Assembly (NCBI GenBank): GCA_037446215.1
Contig: JBBIJB010000058.1
Coordinates: forward strand, 1-12,274
Direction of reading: 5' to 3'
DNA: 12,274 nt
DNA from: Armatimonadota bacterium
GTDB lineage: Bacteria > Sysuimicrobiota > Sysuimicrobiia > Sysuimicrobiales > Humicultoraceae
In this document: positions 6,942-12,274 of the stretch, in pieces
Layout of the letters: each line of letters starts with the position of its first letter
How positions within the stretch are numbered: position 1 is the stretch's first letter
Notes under the pieces: generated by a model
The model's database searches: none
The model's input: the letters and a program-made list of their open reading frames with translations, nothing else
What the model was told of the DNA's origin: nothing
Made by a program: the position numbers and the translations under genes

Positions 6942-8480
6942 CTAGCGGGAGCCTATCAGGGCGAGCTTGTTCTCCACGAGCGGGATCCCGTTCATGATTC
7001 CCCCGGGGACATCCACCGGGCGCAGCCTGCGGCTGTCGTGGACCCAGTAGAACCGGCGATAGTAGAGGGCAAGCGTAGGGAGCTCATCGGCCAGGATCTC
7101 CTGCATCCGCGAGATCAGCGCGCGGCGTGTCCCCGCGTCGACCGATCGCGCCTGCTCGGAGGCCAGCCGCAGGAACTCGGCGTGGTCGAAGCCCGGCGAC
7201 TGCCCGAACAGGTTGGCCTCTCCCCCGGCAAACCACCTTCGGAGGTAGTCGGGATCCCCGCCTGCCCCGATGTGGAAGGTGAGCGCCATCTGGAACTTCC
7301 CCTCCGAGACGAGTGCTGCGCGCGTGCGGGCATCGACGGTCCGGACGGTGACCTCCGTGCCGGCGCGCCTCAGCATCTCTTGTATCGGGACCACCACCGG
7401 AGACGGGCTGGACAGCAATTCCACCTGCGGTGCGCTGTGGCCGGCCGCCATCATGAGGCTCCGTGCCTGAGCCGGGTCGTTGGGATAGCCGCGTACCCGG
7501 GGAGCGTACCACCTGTCGAACGGCGAGACCACGCCGGGATTGCCAGGTATCCCCGGCCCCCGCGTCATCAGGGTGGCGAGCTGAGTCCTGTTGATTGCAT
7601 GTGCGACGGCCCGGCGCGCCTCGCGCCTGTCGAACGGCGGGCGCGAGAGGTTGAAGAGCAGCCGGGCGATCGAGAGCGGCTCGCTCTGCCACACCTTCAA
7701 GAAGGGGTGCGAGGAGAACGCCGGCACCACGTCGTAGGTGTCCGCCATCGCCGCGTCGACCTGACCGTTCTGAGCGGCCAGCACCTGTCGCTCCGTCGGG
7801 ATCATCGTGTACTGAATCTCCGAGAAGAGCGGCCTGCCCCGGAAGTAGCCCGGGTTGGCTCGCAGGCGGTACTCCCCGCTGCCGGGCCGGTATTCGGCCA
7901 GCACATACGGTCCTGTTCCGGCGGCCATCTCAATCGACTGGGCCTTGCGGGGCTCGCGCACCTCCTTCCAGAGGTGCTCAGGCACGATCGGAACCACCCC
8001 GGCGACGTCCTCGATGAAGGGCGCGAACGGGTCCGAGAGGACGAAGGTGACGGTGCGCGCTCCTTCGGCCCTGACAGACTGGACCATGCCCGTGTCTGTC
8101 CAGACGAACGGGTGCTCTCGGTAGTACTCGAATGAGAACTGGACGTCGCGGGCCGTGAAGGGCCTGCCGTCGTGCCACCGTATCCCGGAGCGGAGGACGA
8201 AGGTGTAGCGCCGGCCGTCAGGCGATACCTGCCAGGAGTCGGCCAGCCAGGGGATGGCACCGCCGCGGTCCTTCCACACCAGGGTGTCGTATATGAGCGA
8301 GAGCCGCACGAGTCCTCCGGGACCCAGGGTGGAGGCGGCAAAGGGCGTGGGGAATCCGACATCCGTCCACCATGTCAGGCGGAGCGCACCAGACGGCGTC
8401 TGCCCGGCGGCCACGGAGGCGGCGCACGCGACGGCAAGCAGGATCGAGGCCACGGCGATAAGCGTTCTTGCGCGGGTCAA
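6942..8480 (-). CDS. ABC transporter substrate-binding protein, family 5 (NikA/DppA/OppA-like); nickel uptake inferred from context
   Basis: N-terminal signal peptide, IYDTLV, PWLADSW, LRSGIRWHDGRPFTARDVQFS and GTGPY. TTG start with GGAGGT SD at 8490-8495. Confidence 0.92.
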   Translation of the reverse strand: MTRARTLIAVASILLAVACAASVAAGQTPSGALRLTWWTDVGFPTPFAASTLGPGGLVRLSLIYDTLVWKDRGGAIPWLADSWQVSPDGRRYTFVLRSGIRWHDGRPFTARDVQFSFEYYREHPFVWTDTGMVQSVRAEGARTVTFVLSDPFAPFIEDVAGVVPIVPEHLWKEVREPRKAQSIEMAAGTGPYVLAEYRPGSGEYRLRANPGYFRGRPLFSEIQYTMIPTERQVLAAQNGQVDAAMADTYDVVPAFSSHPFLKVWQSEPLSIARLLFNLSRPPFDRREARRAVAHAINRTQLATLMTRGPGIPGNPGVVSPFDRWYAPRVRGYPNDPAQARSLMMAAGHSAPQVELLSSPSPVVVPIQEMLRRAGTEVTVRTVDARTRAALVSEGKFQMALTFHIGAGGDPDYLRRWFAGGEANLFGQSPGFDHAEFLRLASEQARSVDAGTRRALISRMQEILADELPTLALYYRRFYWVHDSRRLRPVDVPGGIMNGIPLVENKLALIGSR

Positions 8481-8574
8481 GGAACTACCACCTCCACGGC
8501 TGAGTCGGGGGCGGCCGTGCGTGTGTCGCGGGCGCTCTGCCCGGCGCGGACGGATGGCTGCGGGAGCCTCAGGC

Positions 8575-8793
8575 TCAGGCCTGCTGCATCTCCTGCCAGA
8601 TCTCTGCGATCTGGGTGGCCTCTTCCGCGTCGATCTCGCGGATCGCGGCCCCGTACGCCACCAGGACGTGGTCTCCCGGCTTCAGGCCTTCGACGAGGGT
8701 TGTGCTGATCGTACGCACTCCCTCCAAACCCTCGGCCACGGCTCGATCCGAATCGAGTATCTCGGTTATGCGGTACGGCAACGCAAGACACAT
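8575..8793 (-). CDS. hypC: HypC/HybG/HupF family hydrogenase maturation chaperone (72 aa)
   Basis: MCLALP N-terminus (Cys2) and PGDHVLVAYGAAIREIDAEEA. True start is the ATG at 8793, not the ORF-track start at 8943. Confidence 0.88.
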   Translation of the reverse strand: MCLALPYRITEILDSDRAVAEGLEGVRTISTTLVEGLKPGDHVLVAYGAAIREIDAEEATQIAEIWQEMQQA

Positions 8794-8805
8794 GGCTCTC
8801 GGTGA

Positions 8806-8836
8806 AGTATCGCACACCCCACCCGGGGCAAGGCAA
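8806..8836 (-). promoter_or_regulatory. Possible extended -10 promoter for the hypC-ABC-hyp operon
   Basis: Minus strand reads TGTG-C-GATACT, 12 nt upstream of the hypC ATG, with TTGCCT 19 nt further up (suboptimal spacing). hypC has no clear SD. Motif resemblance only. Confidence 0.25.
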
Positions 8837-8859
8837 TACCCTGCCTGTCCGATTGACGC

Positions 8860-9037
8860 GAGAGGGTCCGGGGTGATCTCTGAGCGGATAGCCGGCTCTC
8901 CCGTGAGAACCGCCCTGGCAGGGTGGCGTCGCAGTCTCCGCATCGGTTGTCCGACGGGGGGTGAGGAGGGGCTGCTCCACCACCCTGGCCAGGCACGTCT
9001 ATCTGCCGGCAGCGGCCGCCCGGCGCCGCCGCCTCTC
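8860..9037. ncRNA. Candidate structured intergenic RNA (~180 nt), family unassigned
   Basis: Nested complementarity: 8914-8926 with 8980-8993 (13 bp, one bulge), 8860-8865 with 9032-9037, plus small internal hairpins. Confidence 0.25.
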
Positions 9038-9041
9038 TACC

Positions 9042-9767
9042 TCAGCCGATCCTGCCGGGCACCATCCGGCTCCACGCCCTTGAGTAGGTAGCGTAGGGAC
9101 GCCGGCTACGCCTGACGCCCTTCTGCTGCTCCGGGGCGCCGGCCAGGTGCAGGACCGGGAACCCGCGCTCCATCAACACCTCTACCAGATGCAGCGGGTA
9201 GGGAGCGTCCACGCGCACCACCGCCAAGACGCGTCCGTCCCGCCTGTAGGTTGCCAACGACGTCAGGGCTATGCCGGCGGAGTCCACGACGGAGGCCATC
9301 GCCGCGATGGGGCTGGCCTGACCCGACAGGTCTACCACCAGCCGTGTCCCGCCCTGGCGAAGCCCGGTCAGCTCTATGAACGCCTCGAAGAGGTCGCTCT
9401 CCGTGATGATGCCCACGAGGGAGCGCCCTTCGATCACGGGCAGCGCACCGATCTTGTCCCTTCGCATTATCACCGCGGCGGCCTCGATCGGAGCATCGGG
9501 TCCGATGGTCACCGGATCCGGCGTCATGAGATCGCCCGCGGTGGCCTCCATCAGCGCCTCTGGGACCTCGAACTCAACCGGACCCGAGGCGCCCGGGGGG
9601 TGCGCCCTCATCAGATCCGTCCAGGTCGCGATGCCTGCCAGTCGCTTCCTTCTCATCACTGGAAGCCTTCGAATCCCGTGCCTGCGCATGGCCGCTACCG
9701 CGTCGGCCAGCGTGGCCGTCGATTCGACCGTGACAACCGGATGGGTCATCCGGTCGCGGACAAGCAT
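9042..9767 (-). CDS. CBS-domain pair plus ACT-like domain protein (AcuB-like)
   Basis: MLVRDRMTHPVVTV, IRRLPV, MTPDPVTI, KIGALPV...LVGIITESDLF, followed by GTRLVVDL (ACT-like region). The last ~25 aa look like a non-conserved tail. Confidence 0.88.
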   Translation of the reverse strand: MLVRDRMTHPVVTVESTATLADAVAAMRRHGIRRLPVMRRKRLAGIATWTDLMRAHPPGASGPVEFEVPEALMEATAGDLMTPDPVTIGPDAPIEAAAVIMRRDKIGALPVIEGRSLVGIITESDLFEAFIELTGLRQGGTRLVVDLSGQASPIAAMASVVDSAGIALTSLATYRRDGRVLAVVRVDAPYPLHLVEVLMERGFPVLHLAGAPEQQKGVRRSRRPYATYSRAWSRMVPGRIG

Positions 9768-9786
9768 CGTCAGCGCACCCCGTCTC

Positions 9787-10290
9787 CTAGTCGTGTCCCA
9801 TCTGGTCGCCCAGCGCCAGCGCGTTCAGCGCCTCGCGATCCGACAGGTGGCGATGCAGAAGCGCGCAGTAGATCTCCTCTTCCTTTCGCCAGTGAACCTC
9901 GACCAGGGCCTTGACCTGGTACCCCAGGATCCTGGCGGCATCGATCAGTTCGGGGTCGCGCTCGCCTCCCTCGATCCTGCGGACCAGCCCGGAGAACACC
10001 TCCACACGCGCGACTATCTCGCGGTGATCGGCAAGCATGCACGCGTTCGGATCGCCGTGGCGCCTGAGGAGATCGGCGAGGGCCGGATAGAACGTGAGCT
10101 CCTCCCACTCCGCATGGGGCAGGAGGATCCTCTGGAAGAAGCTGTCGGTCTGTGCGAGTGGGCCTGTCAGCGCCGGGTCCGCGTCACCGCGCAACCTGTC
10201 GAGGAGCTCGGTCAGAGCCGTGAGCCCCGCGTCCAGCTGGGAGTGCTCACGCCTGTATGACTCGAGGAGCTTTTCCTTTGCGCTCTCCAT
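9787..10290 (-). CDS. Hemerythrin-like / HHE cation-binding domain protein
   Basis: H...HxxxE...H...HxxxE pattern: RREH, PHAEWEE.TFYP, MLADH, VHWRKEE. Confidence 0.85.
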   Translation of the reverse strand: MESAKEKLLESYRREHSQLDAGLTALTELLDRLRGDADPALTGPLAQTDSFFQRILLPHAEWEELTFYPALADLLRRHGDPNACMLADHREIVARVEVFSGLVRRIEGGERDPELIDAARILGYQVKALVEVHWRKEEEIYCALLHRHLSDREALNALALGDQMGHD

Positions 10291-10329
10291 CGTTTGCTAC
10301 CCCGCCGCCCGAGGCAGGCCGGCACCCTC

Positions 10330-10358
10330 ATCCTAGATCCGCGAGGAGGGCGTGCCAT
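10330..10358 (-). promoter_or_regulatory. Possible sigma70-type promoter for the hemerythrin-CBS genes
   Basis: Minus strand ATGGCA (10358-10353) - N17 - TAGGAT (10335-10330), in the 101 bp gap upstream of the hemerythrin ATG. Confidence 0.3.
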
Positions 10359-10391
10359 CGGGTAGGGGACCTATTCTGCGCTGCCGCGCAC

Positions 10392-10841
10392 CTACGCTGC
10401 TGAGGTGTGGCGCCGGATCAGCACCCAGGCCATGGGTAGAAGGAGCAGCCAGAGGGCGGCGCTGGCCGCGCACAGGGCGCACACCGCCCGCAGGACCGCG
10501 ACCTGGAGCCAGATCAGGTAGAGGGAGAACGAGGCGCCGAACAGGCAGAGGCCGAACAGCGCCGTCGTGATCCACGGCCTGGGAGCGCCCCGCAAGCCCG
10601 CCGCGAAGAGCGGCGCAACAACCAGGTAGAGGAGCAGACCCCAGGCCGCGGTCGGAAGACCCAGGAATCGCGAGTACCGGCTCGCCGCCACCTCGGCGCA
10701 CGCTCCGACAAGACAGACCGGAGGCAGGGCCTGGTAGGCGGAGACGGTTAGGTAGCCCGACACGCCGATCCCGACCAGTGCCAGCGCCAGCCCAACACCC
10801 CACGGCCCGCCTGCCCCGGCGAGAGACGGTTCCCGTCTCAT
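10392..10841 (-). CDS. Vitamin K epoxide reductase (VKOR) family membrane protein
   Basis: Four hydrophobic segments, loop cysteines CLVGAC, V..S.YS.FLGLP and active-site CALC. ATG at 10841 follows the DsbA-family stop (10843-10845) with a 1 nt gap. Confidence 0.92.
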   Translation of the reverse strand: MRREPSLAGAGGPWGVGLALALVGIGVSGYLTVSAYQALPPVCLVGACAEVAASRYSRFLGLPTAAWGLLLYLVVAPLFAAGLRGAPRPWITTALFGLCLFGASFSLYLIWLQVAVLRAVCALCAASAALWLLLLPMAWVLIRRHTSAA

Positions 10842-10842
10842 G

Positions 10843-11505
10843 CTAGCGGCGGCGCGCGGACTCGATCGCCTCACGGAAGACCTCAACCGGCTGTGCGCCG
10901 ACCAGGTACTGCCCGTCCACGAAGCTCGTCGGGGTTCCCCTCACGCCCAGGCGGACTCCCAGATCGAGGTCTGCCTGTACGCGTTGGCGCGTCTGCCCCG
11001 TGCGCAGGCACTGGGCAAACCGCGCCGTCTCCAAACCGACTTCCTTCGCCGCGGAGTCCAGGTCCCCGGAGCCCCTCAACTCCCCGCGTGACAGCCGGGC
11101 GAAGAGCGCGTCATGATAGGCCCAGAACCGCCTCTGATCCGCGGCGCACTCGCTGGCCTCGGCCGCCTGCTCCGAGACCGGTCCCAGAACCGGGAAGTTC
11201 CTGTAGACTATGCGCACGGTTCCCTTGTCCACGAACTCCGAGACGATCTTCGGCTTTATAAGCAGGGCCAGATCGCCGCAGTACTTGCAGCGGAAGTCCG
11301 AGAAGACCTCGATCGTAACCGGCGCGTCGGGACTCCCAAGCTCCTTCCCACCCGCCTCGGGCTTGGTCTGCACAGGCGCGACCGCTGCGGGAGGCTTGGA
11401 GGTCACCCAGTGGATGGCCACCGCGGCCGCGGCTGTCGCGATGGCAACGAGGGCGACTATCAGGGGAAGCGAAGGCCTGGCGCTTGGCTTTGAGCGCCGC
11501 TTCAC
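10843..11505 (-). CDS. DsbA-family thioredoxin-fold protein with N-terminal membrane anchor
   Basis: GSPDAPVTIEVFSDFRCKYC (CxxC), YRNFP, ASECAADQ..FW.YHD.LF and cis-Pro loop GVRGTPT. GTG overlaps the usp stop (GTGA). Confidence 0.92.
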   Translation of the reverse strand: MKRRSKPSARPSLPLIVALVAIATAAAAVAIHWVTSKPPAAVAPVQTKPEAGGKELGSPDAPVTIEVFSDFRCKYCGDLALLIKPKIVSEFVDKGTVRIVYRNFPVLGPVSEQAAEASECAADQRRFWAYHDALFARLSRGELRGSGDLDSAAKEVGLETARFAQCLRTGQTRQRVQADLDLGVRLGVRGTPTSFVDGQYLVGAQPVEVFREAIESARRR

Positions 11506-11957
11506 TGCGGCCGCACCGACCGGACCGTGAAGACGGGCATGGGCGCATGCCTGATTATGTGCTCGGCGACGCTGCCGAACAGCAGGTGGGCGAGGCCGGT
11601 ACGCCCGTGGGTGCCCATCACGATGAGGCCGGCGCCCAGCTCCTGGGCAACGGCAAGGATCTCCTGGCGCGGTGTGCCCTCACGGACCATGGGGCTAGCC
11701 GCGGGGATCCGGGCGGCGAGCCGGGCCATCTCCGAGCGGGCCTCTCCGCGCATCTCCTCGAGCAGAACCTCGGGCGGCGGCGGCGCGAGCACTCCCCCAG
11801 GCCCCCCGACGATCGCGCTCACCGAGGTGTCCAGCACGTGCAGCAGGTAGATCTTTGCGCCAAACGCCCCGGAGAGAGCCTCAGCCCACTCGGCGGCCGC
11901 CTCGGACCCGGCTGAGAAGTCCACCGGCACGAGGATCGTCTGGATTCGTGGTGGCAT
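11502..11957 (-). CDS. Universal stress protein (UspA family, single domain)
   Basis: ILVPVDFS, LLHV and LIVMGTHGRTGLAHLLFGSVAE (ATP-binding type motif). AGGAGG SD at 11965-11970, 7 nt before the ATG at 11957. Confidence 0.95.
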   Translation of the reverse strand: MPPRIQTILVPVDFSAGSEAAAEWAEALSGAFGAKIYLLHVLDTSVSAIVGGPGGVLAPPPPEVLLEEMRGEARSEMARLAARIPAASPMVREGTPRQEILAVAQELGAGLIVMGTHGRTGLAHLLFGSVAEHIIRHAPMPVFTVRSVRPQ

Positions 11958-12075
11958 GCCTGTGCCTCCTTCGCTGTCACTCTGCACCCCTTCAGACCCA
12001 AGGCAATGATACCCGACAGCGCGCCGCTGGCAAGCCCGCCGATCCGCCCGGGCTGGCCCCGGGAGCGGCGCGGCA

Positions 12076-12274
12076 CTAGGGGATCTCCAGCGCCACCTTC
12101 ACCGCCCTGTGCCGCCGCTTGTCGAGAGCCACACCGACCGCGCGCCGATAGTCGGCCAGCGGGAAGCGGTGCGTGACCATCCGGCCGAGCCCTGCGCTTC
12201 CGTCGGCGATCAACTCCATCGCCAGGTCGACGGACCTGACACGGCGGCCCTCAACAATCTCAGTGGAGTAGGCG
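12076..12274 (-). CDS. 3' end of Zn-binding alcohol dehydrogenase / MDR family protein (partial)
   Basis: Manual translation: AYSTEIVEGRRVRSVDLAMELIADGSAGLGRMVTHRFPLADYRRAVGVALDKRRHRAVKVALEIP*. 'VTHRFPL..Y..A...A......VKV' is the typical MDR C-terminus. Not in the ORF track. Confidence 0.8.
   Translation of the reverse strand, partial: AYSTEIVEGRRVRSVDLAMELIADGSAGLGRMVTHRFPLADYRRAVGVALDKRRHRAVKVALEIP

Noticed and set aside
139..8135. Long plus-strand ORFs (e.g. 139-759, 1923-3044, 3724-5055, 4889-6082, 7038-8135)
   Set aside because: They are antisense shadows of well-supported minus-strand genes, expected at high GC, with no recognisable motifs.
8807..8839. NikR operator upstream of hypC (GTATTG-N21-CGATAC on the minus strand)
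   Set aside because: Half-sites resemble E. coli GTATGA-N16-TCATAC but the spacing is 5 nt too long, and no nikR gene is in the window.
8477..8996. Alternative minus-strand ORFs 8477-8983 and 8766-8996
   Set aside because: They overlap hypC out of frame, have Arg/Pro/Gly-rich low-information translations and no motifs.
9091..9111. Hairpin GCGTAG...CTACGC near the end of the CBS gene as a terminator
   Set aside because: It lies inside the ORF, has a short stem and lacks a U-tract.
1..12274. CRISPR arrays, tRNA (including tRNA-Sec), rRNA, IS elements, cobalamin/Moco/SAM/fluoride riboswitches
   Set aside because: No periodic repeats, transposase or integrase ORFs, cloverleafs or matching consensus blocks were seen by eye. 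A covariance search would be needed to exclude RNA families formally.

Overview
GC-rich bacterial window in which every credible gene lies on the minus strand, mostly with overlapping or closely spaced stop/start codons. In transcription order (high to low coordinates): 3' end of a Zn-dependent (MDR) dehydrogenase; universal stress protein; DsbA-family thiol oxidoreductase; VKOR; hemerythrin-like protein; CBS-pair/ACT (AcuB-like) protein; a ~250 bp structured intergenic region; hypC; a Ni/peptide-type ABC importer (binding protein plus 2 permeases, no ATPase here); a DUF6390-like protein; hypA; hypB; a formate-dehydrogenase-alpha-like protein; an AsrA/HydB-type Fe-S subunit; and the start of an AsrB/HydG-type FAD/NAD(P) subunit. 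This looks like the front half of a group 3b-type (sulfhydrogenase-like) [NiFe]-hydrogenase locus, but several parts are atypical. The FDH-alpha homolog lacks the Mo/W-ligand Cys/Sec, the adjacent His and the catalytic Arg. HypA lacks its whole Zn-finger domain. HypC lacks its conserved His, while the DUF6390-like protein carries a HypC-like His-containing tail. The hydrogenase catalytic subunits are not in the window, so the hydrogenase link is inferred. Family calls come from motif recognition only; no searches were run. No CRISPR array, rRNA, tRNA or mobile element was seen.
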